Shown here: in pieces, positions 10,206-22,845 of the stretch
Position numbering within the stretch: the stretch's first letter is position 1
Layout of the letters: every line of letters starts with the position of its first letter
Assembly: GCA_963837825.1 (NCBI GenBank)
Contig: CAWIOR010000011.1
Location: forward strand, 259,414 to 323,413
Length of the DNA stretch: 64,000 nt
Direction: 5' to 3'
Origin: an uncultured Chloroflexia bacterium
GTDB lineage: Bacteria; Chloroflexota; Limnocylindria; Limnocylindrales; CSP1-4
Position numbers and translations under genes: made by a program
Notes under the pieces: generated by a model
Told to the model about the DNA's origin: nothing
Database searches by the model: none
What the model saw: only the letters and a program-made list of their open reading frames with translations

Positions 10206-11754
10206 CTAGTGGCGGAAGTGGCGACGACCGGTGAAGACCATCGCCAGGTGGTGGCGGTCGGCGACCTCGATCGCCATCTCGTCGCGGATCGAGCCGCCGG
10301 GCTGGATGATGGCGGTCACGCCGGCGTTGGCGGCCATCGAGATCCCGTCCGGGAACGGGAAATAGGCGTCGCTGGCCATGACGCTCATCCGCGCCCGCTC
10401 GCCGGCCCGTCGGAGGGCGATCTCGACCGAGACCTGGCGGCTGGCCTGACCCGCCCCGATCCCGACGGTCGCCGCGTTCTTGGCCAGGACGATCGCGTTG
10501 GAGCGGACGTGGCGGACCGTCCGCCAGGCGAACAGCAGGTCGGTCAGCTCCTCGAGCGTCGGCCGACGGTCGGTCACGACCTGGAGGTGGCCGGCCTCGA
10601 TCCCGAGCTCGTCCTGGGTCTCGACCAGGAGCCCGCCGCTCACCCGCTTGAAGTCGAGCTTGGCGATCCCGTAGTCGCGCATCCCGTCGGACGGATCCGC
10701 CGGCACGGCCAGGATCTCGAGGCCCGTCTTGGCCCGCAGGATCCCGAGCGCCGCCTCGCTGTAGCCGGGCGCGACGACGGCCTCGTACGAATTGGCCGCG
10801 ATCTCCCGGGCGGTCGCCCCGTCGAGCTCGCGATTGACCCCGACGATCCCGCCGAAAGCGGCCACCGAATCGGTCTCGAGCGCCTTGCGGTAGGCCTCGA
10901 CGAGCTCGTCGTTGGAGGCCATCCCGACCGGGTCGGTGTGCTTGACGATGACGACCGTCGGGGCGGTGAAATCGCGGGCGATCCGATATGCGGCATCGAG
11001 GTCGAGCAGGTTGTTGAAGCTCGGAAGGGCGCCCTGGAGCTGCTTCGCGTCGGCCAGCGTCCCCGACCGATGGGTCGTCTCGCGGTAGAACGCGGCCTGC
11101 TGGTGGGGGTTCTCCCCGTAGCGCAGGTCCTCGACCTTCTCGAGGACCATCGCCAGGCGGCTCGGGAAGGTCGTCCCCGAGACCTGGTTGATGTAGGCGG
11201 CGATCTCGGCGTGGTAGGCGGCCACGATGCCGAACGCCTCGGCGGCCAGCTGCTGGCGGAACTCGGCCGAGACGGAGCCGCGCTCCTTGAGCTCGCGGAC
11301 GAGCCGGGCGTAGTGGACCGGATCGGCGACCGCGGCCACGCCGGCGTAGTTGCGAGCGGCCGCGCTGAGCAGGGCCGCGCCCCCGACGTCGATCATCTCG
11401 ATCGCCTCGGCCAGCGCGACGGACCGGGCGCCGACCTGGGGCGAGAACGGCTTGACGTTGACGACGACGATGTCGATCGGCGCCGAGGCCGTGCTCGGCC
11501 AGCTCGTCGAGCTGGGCGGGGACATCGCGCCGGGCGAGGATCCCGGCATAGACCGCCGGGTGGAACGTCTTGACCTGACCCCCGACCAGCGCCGGGACCT
11601 CCGTCAGCTCGGAGACCGAGGCGACCTCGATCCCGTCCGAGGCGAGGTGCTCGCGGGTGCCGTCGGTCGCGTACATCTCGACGCCGAGCGCGGCGAGCTC
11701 GCGGGCCAAGGTCGACACCCCGTCGCGATTCGCGACCGAGAGCAGGGCACGCAC
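10206..11754 (-). CDS. purH: Bifunctional AICAR formyltransferase / IMP cyclohydrolase, with an apparent frameshift near ~11485
   Basis: N-terminus [33 protein letters not shown]...[15 protein letters not shown] is in the frame of ORF 7999..11754. The remainder ([11 protein letters not shown]...FTGRRHFRH) is in ORF 10206..11549. Confidence 0.88.
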
Positions 11755-11903
11755 CTCGGTCCACCTCCTGAGCTCCGGTCGATGACGCGCCTCAGCCGAC
11801 GCCCCCGTCGGCGGGCCTCGGTCATCGGCCCGAGTATACCGCCCGCCATGGCATACTCGGCCCCCATGCCGACCCTCGACCGACCCTCAGCAGGAGTCCG
11901 CCG

Positions 11904-12371
11904 GTGACGCTCCCGCCCTGGGAATACCTGTTCGTGAAGTTCTCCGGGGACACGTTCCCGGACCTGTTCCGGGCGACCTGGGTCAGCTCGCTCGTCCTCC
12001 TGGCCGGGCTGATCGTCCTGTACAACGTGCGGACCCGGGCCTTCCGCCACCATCCGCCGTACCTCGAGCTGTACGAGTGGCTGCTCTGGACGGGGCTGAT
12101 CCTGTTCAGCCTCCTGCTCGTGTTCAGCCTGTTCGTGTGGGACTTCATCTTCGTCCTGCTGACGATGGTCGGCGGGGCGGCCATCCTCGTCTGGATCCGC
12201 TTCGTGCGCTTCCCGCCGATCTTCGAGGGCTACGCTCGCAAGCTGGCTCGCGAGCGCTACTTCACCCGCTCGAAATTCGCCCACCCGGAGGCGACCATCC
12301 GCTCCAAGGCCGCCCGACAGGCGCGCCCGACCCGGACCGCCCGCCCGGCCAAGCGCCGCCGCCGGCGCTAG
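11904..12371 (+). CDS. Hypothetical membrane protein with a basic C-terminal tail
   Basis: 155-aa ORF with 3 predicted TM segments and good GC3. Confidence 0.6.
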   Translation: MTLPPWEYLFVKFSGDTFPDLFRATWVSSLVLLAGLIVLYNVRTRAFRHHPPYLELYEWLLWTGLILFSLLLVFSLFVWDFIFVLLTMVGGAAILVWIRFVRFPPIFEGYARKLARERYFTRSKFAHPEATIRSKAARQARPTRTARPAKRRRRR

Positions 12372-12388
12372 CGCCCCGGCCCTCGACG

Positions 12389-12847
12389 ATGGAAGTCCGC
12401 CGTTTCGGCTTCGGACATCGCCGGCCGGAGGGACCGGTCGGCAGTCGTGGCGTCCAGGGCGCGGTCATCCACTCCGACGGGCGTGGGACGGTGGCCGAGC
12501 TCGCGTTCTCCCGGAAGGCGATCGTCGAACCGCACACCAACCCGAACAGCGCCTGGTTCGTGGTGATCGAGGGCGGTGGGTTCGTCCGGGTCGGGGACGA
12601 GACGGCGCGGGTCTTCGCCGGCGAGGCCATCCTCTGGCCGGCCGGCGTCCTCCACGGGGCATCGACCGACGTGTCGGAGATGCGCGCGATCGTCATCGAG
12701 TTCGCCGGCGCCGACGACGATGCCGTCCGCGGGATCCTGCCCGGCACCGCGCTCGCGATCGAGCCCGGCCCGGTCACCCGGGGCGAGGGGGTCCTGGCCG
12801 ATGACCGGCCGACCCGTTACGACCCGGGCGAGGGCGAGCCGGTCTAG
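12389..12847 (+). CDS. Cupin domain protein
   Basis: From ATG 12389 within ORF 12077..12847: MEVRRFGF...HTNPNSAWFVVIEGGGFVRVGDE...ILWPAGVLHG, a cupin-like beta-barrel motif. Confidence 0.65.
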   Translation: MEVRRFGFGHRRPEGPVGSRGVQGAVIHSDGRGTVAELAFSRKAIVEPHTNPNSAWFVVIEGGGFVRVGDETARVFAGEAILWPAGVLHGASTDVSEMRAIVIEFAGADDDAVRGILPGTALAIEPGPVTRGEGVLADDRPTRYDPGEGEPV

Positions 12848-12878
12848 TCCGGAGCCGGCGTCCCGTCCCGGCGTCCCC

Positions 12879-13529
12879 TCAGCGATCGGCCAGCAACGCG
12901 CCCAGCTGGCCGAGGATCCTGGCCGTCGCGCCCCACACGAGCAGCTCGGTCCCGTCGTCGGCGCTGACCGGGTAGGCGCCGTAGCGGAGCGGCCAGTCGC
13001 GGACCGTCCGCTCGACGATCCGGATCCGAGCGCCAGGCAGGAACGTCGCGACCGGCGGCTCGAGGATCCGGGCCACCTCGACCGGCGACGGGACGAGGAT
13101 CGGCCGTCGCTCGGCGACCGCGACGACCGGGACGAGGGCGAACCGGCTGACCGGGATCCAGACCTCGTCGAGCAGGCCGACGACGCGGACACCGGCGGCC
13201 TCCGGGTCCAGGCCGATCTCCTCGACCGCCTCGCGCAGGGCGGTCGCCACGATGTCGGTGTCGTCCGGCTCGACCTTGCCGCCCGGGAGGCTGACCTCAC
13301 CCGAATGGTGGCCGTCGTAGGTCGGTCGCTCGGTCAGGACGACCCGGGCCGACCCATCGGCGGCCGGGACGACGAGGACGAGCACGGCGGCCGGCCGGTC
13401 CTCGGTCGGGACCCGCGAGAACATCGGTCGGACGCGGCCGTCGGTCAGGACCGGCATCAGCTCGGCCGGACCGGGCGGCAGCTCGTCCGGCATCGGCGAC
13501 AGCCGGGCGAGGACCTCGTCGGGGGTCAT
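12879..13529 (-). CDS. NUDIX hydrolase (CoA pyrophosphatase-like)
   Basis: Nudix box GEVSLPGGKVEPDDTDIVATALREAVEEIGL. Confidence 0.8.
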   Translation of the reverse strand: MTPDEVLARLSPMPDELPPGPAELMPVLTDGRVRPMFSRVPTEDRPAAVLVLVVPAADGSARVVLTERPTYDGHHSGEVSLPGGKVEPDDTDIVATALREAVEEIGLDPEAAGVRVVGLLDEVWIPVSRFALVPVVAVAERRPILVPSPVEVARILEPPVATFLPGARIRIVERTVRDWPLRYGAYPVSADDGTELLVWGATARILGQLGALLADR

Positions 13530-13587
13530 CCCCGAAGCAGGAGCGGGCGGCCGCGCGTCGGGTCCAAGGTCCGTCCCGCGCAGGCCG

Positions 13588-16329
<2,742 letters not shown>

Positions 16330-16375
16330 GGCAGGGTCTCAGTCAGGGTTCGGGACGCTCGAGGGCGCACCGGAC

Positions 16376-16416
16376 AGTGTACAGCCTATCAACATGATTG
16401 ACAAGATTCCTGACAA
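16376..16416 (-). promoter_or_regulatory. Candidate clpB promoter (TTGTCA-17 nt-TACACT) with two TGACAA/TTGTCA repeats
   Basis: -10 is the reverse complement of 16376-16381 and -35 of 16399-16404. A second TGACAA sits at 16411-16416. The region is AT-richer than its surroundings. Confidence 0.4.
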
Positions 16417-16460
16417 CATCATGTACCGGAAACGGGACCGCCGGGGCCGGCCCGGGCGGG

Positions 16461-17564
16461 CTACTCCGAGCCCTGGCGCGGGTCGGGCTGGTCGACCAGC
16501 TCGACCAGCCGCCGAGCCGCCTCACGCGCCTCGTCGGACAGGTCCGTCGGCAGGACGACCCTGACCTTGACCAGGAGGTCTCCGGTCGGCGCCTCGCCGG
16601 CCTTCGGCCTGAGCCTCGGCATCCCCTGGCCCTTGAGCCGGAAGGTCCTCCCGGGCTGGGTGCCGGCGGGGATCGTCAGGCGGACCCGGCCCTTGAGGGT
16701 CCGGACCGTGATCTCGGCGCCGAGGAGTGCCTCGCCGAGCGTGATCGGGACCTCCCGGCTGAGGTCGGCGCCGATCCGGGCATAGGTCGGGTGAGGCTTC
16801 ACCCGGGTGACCAGGTAGAGGTCCGCCGGGTGGTCGGGGTCGCCGCCGCCGCGTCCTCTCAGGCGGATCCGGCTGCCGGTCTCGACGCCCCGGGGAACCG
16901 TCACCTCGAGCCGCTTGCCGTCGACCTGGACGAGCCGGCTCGTGCCGTGGAACGCCTCCTCGAGGCTCAGCTCGACCTCGGCCTCCACGCTCGGGGTCCT
17001 GGCCGGCCCGGCCCGCCCCACGCTGCCAGCGGCGGACCCGCCGGCCCGGCCGGTCGTCGCGCCGGACAGGCCCATCCCGGCCAGGATGTCGTCGAACGAC
17101 GCCCCGGCGCCTGCGTCGCCGAACCCGCCGCCCGAGCGTCCGCGACGGGACGTCGTGGACCGGGCTCCGGCGGTCCCCCCGCCGAAGAACGTCCGGAAGA
17201 AGTCGCTGAACCCCTCATCGCCGGTCGTGTGGAACTCGTAACGGACGTTCCCCCCGCCCGGCCTACCGTATCCGGCGAACGGGCCACCCGGACCGAACGG
17301 ATCGGAGCCGCCCGCGCCCGGCGCGCGCGAATAGGCCTCCCAGTTCGCCCCGAGCTCGTCGTAGCGCGTGCGCTTGTGCGGATCGGACAGGACCTCGTTG
17401 GCCTCGTTGATCTCCTTGAACCGCTGCTCGGAGGCCTTGTCGCCCGGTTTGACGTCGGGGTGATGCTGCCGGGCGAGCTTCCGGTAGGCGCGCTTGATCT
17501 CGGCCTGGCTCGCGTCCCGGGCGACGCCGAGGTCCTTGTAGTAGTCGCGGTAATCGACCGACAC
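16461..17564 (-). CDS. cbpA: J-domain co-chaperone, DnaJ/CbpA-like (no Cys-rich zinc-finger region seen)
   Basis: [33 protein letters not shown]-domain plus DnaJ C-terminal domains; no CxxCxGxG repeats. Confidence 0.85.
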   Translation of the reverse strand: MSVDYRDYYKDLGVARDASQAEIKRAYRKLARQHHPDVKPGDKASEQRFKEINEANEVLSDPHKRTRYDELGANWEAYSRAPGAGGSDPFGPGGPFAGYGRPGGGNVRYEFHTTGDEGFSDFFRTFFGGGTAGARSTTSRRGRSGGGFGDAGAGASFDDILAGMGLSGATTGRAGGSAAGSVGRAGPARTPSVEAEVELSLEEAFHGTSRLVQVDGKRLEVTVPRGVETGSRIRLRGRGGGDPDHPADLYLVTRVKPHPTYARIGADLSREVPITLGEALLGAEITVRTLKGRVRLTIPAGTQPGRTFRLKGQGMPRLRPKAGEAPTGDLLVKVRVVLPTDLSDEAREAARRLVELVDQPDPRQGSE

Positions 17565-17575
17565 CGCGGCTCTGC

Positions 17576-20077
17576 TCAGTGCGCCTCGTCGGCGCGCTGG
17601 ACCACCACCGGCGGTTGCTCAGCCGGTGGGAACGTCGGCCGGACGGTCGGGCCGGACCGACGCTCGAGGCTGCCCCCGCGCTCCGGCCCGGCCGGGCGCG
17701 CCGGCAGCGGCTTCGGCCGCCGGCGGAGGGCCGCCTCGAGGACGTGATCCATCGAGTCGACAAGGACGAGCTTGGTCTGCTTGCGGATCTCCTCGGGAAC
17801 GTCGCGCAGGTCCTTCTCGTTCTTCTTCGGAAGGATGACCGTCTTCGCCCCGGACAGGTGAGCCGCCAGGATCTTGCTCTTGAGCCCGCCGATCGGCAGG
17901 ACCCGACCGCGGAGGGTGATCTCGCCGGTCATCGCCACGTCCTTGCGGACGGGGATGCCGGTGAACGCGCTGACCATCGCGGTGGCCATCGTCACGCCCG
18001 CGGAGGGACCATCCTTGGGGATCCCGCCGGCGGGGACGTGGATGTGGAGGGTGTTCTTCTCGAACACCTCGCGCTCGATCCCGAGCCGGTCGGCGTTCGC
18101 CCGGATCCAGGACAGCGCGGCCCGGGCCGACTCCCGCATGACCTCGCCGAGCTGGCCGGTCAGGATGAAGTCCTCCTTGCCCTCCATCTTGGTCACCTCG
18201 ACGGCGACGATGTCGCCGCCGACCTCGGTCACGACGAGGCCGGTCGCGGCCCCGGTCTGGTCCTCGGCCTCGAGCTCGCCGTACTCGAACCGCGGCGGAC
18301 CGAGGTACTGGTTGAGCCGCTTGATGTCGACGACGGTCTTGCGCTTGCGTCCCTCGGCCACCGCCCGCGCGACCTTGCGCATGATGTTGGCGATCTCCCG
18401 TTCGAGGTTCCGGACGCCGGCCTCGTGGGTGTAGGCCTGGACGAGCTCGGTCATCGCCTCGTTGGTGATCTCGATGTTGCGGGCCTTGAGGCCGTGGTTC
18501 GCCATCTGCTTGGGGATGAGGAACCGCCGCCCGATCTCGGCCTTCTCCATCTGGGTGTAGCCGGGCAGCTGGATGATCTCCATCCGATCGCGCAGGGCGG
18601 CGGGGATCGGGTCCATCAGGTTGCCGGTGGCGATGAACAGGACCTTGCTCAGGTCGAACGGCACCTCGAGGTAGTTGTCCTGGAAGGTGTTGTTCTGCTC
18701 GGGATCGAGGACCTCGAGGAGGGCCGAGCTCGGGTCGCCCCGGAAGTCCATCCCGATCTTGTCGACCTCATCGAGCATGAACACCGGGTTGTTGGTGCCG
18801 GCCGTCTTGATGTTCTGGATGATCCGGCCCGGGAGAGCCCCGATGTAGGTCCTCCGGTGGCCCCGGATCTCGGCTTCATCGTGGATCCCGCCGAGGCTCA
18901 TCCGGACGAACTTGCGGCCCATCGCCCGGGCGACGCTCTTGCCGAGCGAGGTCTTGCCGACGCCGGGCGGGCCGACGAGGGCGAGGATCGGGCTGCGGAT
19001 CGTGTCGGCCAGGGCGCGCACGGCGAGGTATTCGAGGATGCGCTCCTTGATCTTGTCGAGTCCGTAGTGATCCTCTTCGAGGATCTTGGCGGCTTCCTTG
19101 ATGTCGAGCCGGTCGTCGGTCGAGACGTTCCAGGGCAGGCCGACCAGCCAGTCGACGTAGGTCCGGATGACGCCGACCTCGGGCGAGGCGGACGGGATCC
19201 GGCTCATCCGGTCGATCTCCTTGATCGCCCTGGCCTTGATCTCGTCGGGCATCCCGGCCCCTTCGACCTTGTCGCGGAGCTCGTTGATCTCGGCCTGCTG
19301 CGGGTCGTCCTCGCCGAGCTCGCGCTGGATGGCCTTGAGCTGCTCGCGCAGGATGTACTCGCGCTGGGTCTTGTCCATCTCGGACTTGACCTCGGACTGG
19401 ATCCGGCCCTTCAGCTCGAGGATCTCGACCTGCCGGGCGAGGAACGCCTGGACGAGCTTGAGTCGTTCGACGACGTCGACCGTCTCGAGCAGCTCCTGGC
19501 GCTGCTCGGTCGTCATGTCCGGGCTGTAGGCGATCATGTCGGCGAGGAGGCCCGGCTCGGTGATGTTGCGGGCGGCCACGGCCGCCTCCGGCGGGACCGG
19601 CGCCCCGTTGGCGACATACTGCTCGATCCCGGCCTGGACGCTCCGCATCAGGGCCTGGACCTCGACCCCGGCGGGCGACTCGTCGGCGATGTCCTCGACG
19701 ACGGCGACGATGTACGGGCTCGACTTGGCGAAGCGCGTCACGCGCAGCCGTCCCTGGCCCTGGACGATAGCCCGGACCGTCCCGTCCTGGAGCTGGACGA
19801 CCTGGGCGATCTTGGCCAGCGTGCCGATCGGGTAGAGCTCGGACGGATCGTCGATCTCCTCCTGCTCCGGCTGACGCTGGGTCACCAGGGCGATCGGACC
19901 GCCACTCTCGACGGCCGCGTTGAGCGCGTTGACGCTCTTCTCGCGGCCGACCTGGAGCGGCACGATCATCTCGGGGAAGATGACCGTCTCCCGGAGCGCC
20001 ACGAGGGGCAGCTCCCGCGAGCTCGTTCCGGAAGCGGCCTTGGGCTTGTCCGGGTTCGACGGTCGGTCAGACATCAA
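17576..20077 (-). CDS. lon: ATP-dependent Lon protease
   Basis: 833 aa with a Lon N-domain, AAA+ ([15 protein letters not shown]) and a protease domain ([14 protein letters not shown]). The TTG start overlaps the hspR stop. Confidence 0.96.
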   Translation of the reverse strand: MMSDRPSNPDKPKAASGTSSRELPLVALRETVIFPEMIVPLQVGREKSVNALNAAVESGGPIALVTQRQPEQEEIDDPSELYPIGTLAKIAQVVQLQDGTVRAIVQGQGRLRVTRFAKSSPYIVAVVEDIADESPAGVEVQALMRSVQAGIEQYVANGAPVPPEAAVAARNITEPGLLADMIAYSPDMTTEQRQELLETVDVVERLKLVQAFLARQVEILELKGRIQSEVKSEMDKTQREYILREQLKAIQRELGEDDPQQAEINELRDKVEGAGMPDEIKARAIKEIDRMSRIPSASPEVGVIRTYVDWLVGLPWNVSTDDRLDIKEAAKILEEDHYGLDKIKERILEYLAVRALADTIRSPILALVGPPGVGKTSLGKSVARAMGRKFVRMSLGGIHDEAEIRGHRRTYIGALPGRIIQNIKTAGTNNPVFMLDEVDKIGMDFRGDPSSALLEVLDPEQNNTFQDNYLEVPFDLSKVLFIATGNLMDPIPAALRDRMEIIQLPGYTQMEKAEIGRRFLIPKQMANHGLKARNIEITNEAMTELVQAYTHEAGVRNLEREIANIMRKVARAVAEGRKRKTVVDIKRLNQYLGPPRFEYGELEAEDQTGAATGLVVTEVGGDIVAVEVTKMEGKEDFILTGQLGEVMRESARAALSWIRANADRLGIEREVFEKNTLHIHVPAGGIPKDGPSAGVTMATAMVSAFTGIPVRKDVAMTGEITLRGRVLPIGGLKSKILAAHLSGAKTVILPKKNEKDLRDVPEEIRKQTKLVLVDSMDHVLEAALRRRPKPLPARPAGPERGGSLERRSGPTVRPTFPPAEQPPVVVQRADEAH

Positions 20078-20454
20078 CGGGTCTCCTGTGGAGCGGCACT
20101 CCGGCCGCGCTGGTCGCGATGGTCGGTCCGACCTTCCTCGTCGGGCCGGCTGGCGTTGGCTTCATCGAAGAGCGTTTCCAGGATCCGGGTCCCGAGCCGC
20201 TCCTCGAGCTCGAACAGGATCCGGACGCCGGCGAGGTTGACGCCGCGCTCCTGGGTCAGATGTCGGATCCACAGCACGCGACGGATGTCGTCCTCGCTGT
20301 AGAGCCGGATATTGGTCCGGGTGCGGGCCGGGCAGAGCAGGCCCTCGTCCTCGTAGATCCGAAGCGTGCGCGGGTGGACGCGGACGAGGCCCGCCGCGAC
20401 GCTGATCACGAAGACCGGGCGGGACGGGTCCCGCTCGTGCCCGACCTGGGACAT
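20074..20454 (-). CDS. hspR: MerR-family heat-shock repressor, HspR-like
   Basis: VFVISVAAGLVRVHPRTLRIYEDEGLLCPARTRTNIRLYSEDDIRRVLWIRHL is a MerR HTH. The gene is embedded between hsp20 and lon. Confidence 0.8.
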   Translation of the reverse strand: MSQVGHERDPSRPVFVISVAAGLVRVHPRTLRIYEDEGLLCPARTRTNIRLYSEDDIRRVLWIRHLTQERGVNLAGVRILFELEERLGTRILETLFDEANASRPDEEGRTDHRDQRGRSAAPQETR

Positions 20455-20455
20455 G

Positions 20456-20968
20456 TCAGCTCCCGGCCGGAGCGTCCGCGGCCGGAGCGACCTCGGTGAC
20501 CGGGTGGCCTTCGGTGGTCGGGCTGATCTTGATCCGGCGCGGCTTGACCTGCTCGGCCCGCGGGATGTGCAGGGTCAGCATGCCGTTCTCGAAGGTGGCG
20601 CTCGCCTTGTCGGCCTCGAGGCCCTCGGGCAGCGCGATCGACCGCGTGACGGCCCCGCGACGGATCTCGCGAACCAGGTAGGAGCCTTCCTCCTCGGTCC
20701 GCTCCTCCTCGACGGAGGTCGACACGGTCACCGTGCCCCCCTCGATGGTGATGTCCACGTCCTCGGGACGGATCCCCGGCAGGGAGGCCTCGATGGTCAG
20801 CGAATCGGCATCGGTCCGGACGTCGAGCGGCATGGGCCGCAGGTTCCGCTCGCCGCTGGCGATCCGGACGAACGGCCCGCTGAAGTCGTTATCGAAGAGC
20901 CGGTCCATCGCCTGGCGGAGCGAGAGCAGCTCGTCGTACGGCGACGGACGGCGCACGAGCATCGACAT
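20456..20968 (-). CDS. Hsp20/alpha-crystallin small heat-shock protein
   Basis: From ATG 20968 (GGAGG 11-15 nt upstream): MSMLVRRPSPYDELLSLRQAMDRLF...PLDVRTDADSLTIEASLPGIRPEDVDITIEGGTVTV...ATFENGMLTLHIPR. Confidence 0.88.
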   Translation of the reverse strand: MSMLVRRPSPYDELLSLRQAMDRLFDNDFSGPFVRIASGERNLRPMPLDVRTDADSLTIEASLPGIRPEDVDITIEGGTVTVSTSVEEERTEEEGSYLVREIRRGAVTRSIALPEGLEADKASATFENGMLTLHIPRAEQVKPRRIKISPTTEGHPVTEVAPAADAPAGS

Positions 20969-21022
20969 GATCGTGACACCTCCTGATCGAACACGTCCGG
21001 ATCCTCGACCGGACACATCCGC

Positions 21023-21053
21023 AGGGTAGAACCATGACAATGACGTTGTCAAG
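21023..21053 (-). promoter_or_regulatory. Candidate hsp20 operon promoter (TTGACA-18 nt-TACCCT) overlapped by an inverted repeat CTTGACA-N7-TGTCATG (HAIR-like architecture)
   Basis: Plus strand has TGACAA (21035-40), tgacg, then TTGTCA (21046-51). -35 is the reverse complement of 21047-52 and -10 of 21023-28. Confidence 0.45.
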
Positions 21054-21138
21054 TGAGCTGCAGGCCGAAACCACAGGGCAAGGCGCGGGAGTCGCGGACC
21101 GACCGCGCCCGCGGTGGCCGCACCGGCGATGGCGTCCG

Positions 21139-21825
21139 TCAGGTCTCGGCCGGCTCCAGGGTGTCGACGTCGCCGATGAGCTGCACGTGGAGGGCGGCCT
21201 CGCACTCGGCCCGGCCGATCGCGATCACCTTGTCGCCGGGCGCCAGGATGGTGTCCGGCCGGATCGGGATCGCGACCTCGTTGCGGACGACGGCGAAGAT
21301 CGCGCAGCCGTCGGGCATCGGCACTTCTCGAGCGGCCAGCCCGATCGCGGGCGATCCCTCGCGCAGCTGGGCCTCGATGATCTCGAGCTCGCCGCTGCCG
21401 AGGCCGGCCAGGTGGAGCAGCTCGTGGACCGGGATGTCCTGCTCGATCGAGCCGAGGACCATCCGGGTCGGGCTGATCAGCTCGTCGACCCCGAGGTGGC
21501 GGAAGAGGGCCTCGTTCTTGGGGTTGTTGACCCGGGCGATCGTCCGGGGGACGTCGAAGTGGTGCTTCGCCATCTGGCAGATGACCAAGTTGTCCTCGTC
21601 GTCGCCGGTGACCGCCGCCACGACGTCCGCCCGGGCGCAGCCGGCCTCCGCGAGGTGGTTCCCCTCGCAGCCGTCCCGGCCGATGACGATCGAGCCGATG
21701 TCATCGGCGATCTGCGCGGCCCGGCCCGGGTCCTTCTCCATGAGCACGACCTCGTGCCCCGATCCGATCAGCTCCTTGGCCAGGTAGTAGCCGACCTTGC
21801 CTCCCCCGACGACGAGAACGAACAC
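21139..21825 (-). CDS. trkA: TrkA-family RCK protein (TrkA-N plus TrkA-C)
   Basis: MFVLVVGGGKVGYYLAKEL Rossmann motif plus a C-terminal RCK_C-like segment (...GDKVIAIG...). Confidence 0.85.
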   Translation of the reverse strand: MFVLVVGGGKVGYYLAKELIGSGHEVVLMEKDPGRAAQIADDIGSIVIGRDGCEGNHLAEAGCARADVVAAVTGDDEDNLVICQMAKHHFDVPRTIARVNNPKNEALFRHLGVDELISPTRMVLGSIEQDIPVHELLHLAGLGSGELEIIEAQLREGSPAIGLAAREVPMPDGCAIFAVVRNEVAIPIRPDTILAPGDKVIAIGRAECEAALHVQLIGDVDTLEPAET

Positions 21826-21828
21826 GTC

Positions 21829-22353
21829 TCACGCCTCCCCGGCCGATGTCGCGCCGGCCGATGTCGCGCCGACCACTGCGCCATCCGCCTCGATCGGCGG
21901 ACCGTCGTGATGCTGATGGGGAGCAGCCTCGCGGACGCGCGGGGCAGGGCCGACCGGCAGCCCCAGGTGGTCGAGCAGCGCGTGGGTCATCAGGTCGGTC
22001 CGGCAGATGGTGGCGATCCCGAGCTCCGCATACGCGGCGGCCCGGACCGGGTCGTTGATCTTGGCCACGACATGCTCGACGCCGAACGCCTCGATCGCGA
22101 GCTGGGCGGCCATCACGTTGCGGTTGTCGCCCTCGGTCAGCGACAGGAAGACATCGGCCTCCTCGAGCCCGGACCGGCGGAGGGTGTCCTCATCGGTCCC
22201 GTCGCCGCGGACGGCGCTCCCGCCGAAGGTCGCCGCCAGACGCTCGAAGGCGAGCGTCTTGAGGTCGAGGATCGTGACCTGGTGGCCACGGGCGTCGAGG
22301 TCGGCGGCGAGAGTCGCTCCGACCCGGCCGCACCCGACGATGACGATGTTCAT
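21829..22353 (-). CDS. TrkA-N (RCK N-terminal) domain protein
   Basis: From ATG 22353 in ORF 21829..22665: MNIVIVGCGRVGATLAADLDARGHQVTILD.... An ATGA overlap joins it to the usp stop. Confidence 0.8.
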   Translation of the reverse strand: MNIVIVGCGRVGATLAADLDARGHQVTILDLKTLAFERLAATFGGSAVRGDGTDEDTLRRSGLEEADVFLSLTEGDNRNVMAAQLAIEAFGVEHVVAKINDPVRAAAYAELGIATICRTDLMTHALLDHLGLPVGPAPRVREAAPHQHHDGPPIEADGAVVGATSAGATSAGEA

Positions 22354-22820
22354 CTGATCGACTCCTCGGTCATCGGCTCGCGGATGACCATGACCGTGCA
22401 GGGCGCGTTCTTGAGGACGTACGGCACGGTCCTTCCGATGGCGAAGTCGCCGCCGAACCGCTTCTTGTAGGGCAGCCCCAGGACCAGCAGGTCGGCGCCC
22501 CGCTCGCTCGCCTCGTCGACGATGGCCGCGCCGACGTCCCGCGCCTGGAGGAGGACGGTCTCGACCTTCATCCGCTCGGTCTCGGCCACGCCCTCGGCCA
22601 GGTCCAGGACGCGTTGGGCGTCCTCCGACCCGGCCGCGACGTCGGCCTCGAGCGGGAGGCTCCAACCGACCTCGACCACGTGGACCACCACCAGCTCCGC
22701 CTTGCTCGGTCGGGCCAGCTCGCAGGCGATCCGGACGATCCGCTCGTCGGTCGTCCCGCCGTTGACGGCGGCGACGGCGCGACGGATCGCGTGTGGGCTG
22801 GGCTCCGGCACGGCGGTCAC
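22350..22820 (-). CDS. Universal stress protein (UspA family)
   Basis: ...AELVVVHVVEV...GADLLVLGLPYKKRFGGDFAIGRTVPYVLKNAPCTVMVIR is a USP fold signature. Confidence 0.85.
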   Translation of the reverse strand: MTAVPEPSPHAIRRAVAAVNGGTTDERIVRIACELARPSKAELVVVHVVEVGWSLPLEADVAAGSEDAQRVLDLAEGVAETERMKVETVLLQARDVGAAIVDEASERGADLLVLGLPYKKRFGGDFAIGRTVPYVLKNAPCTVMVIREPMTEESIR

Positions 22821-22845
22821 GATACCACCGGCGTCCCGACGGGTC

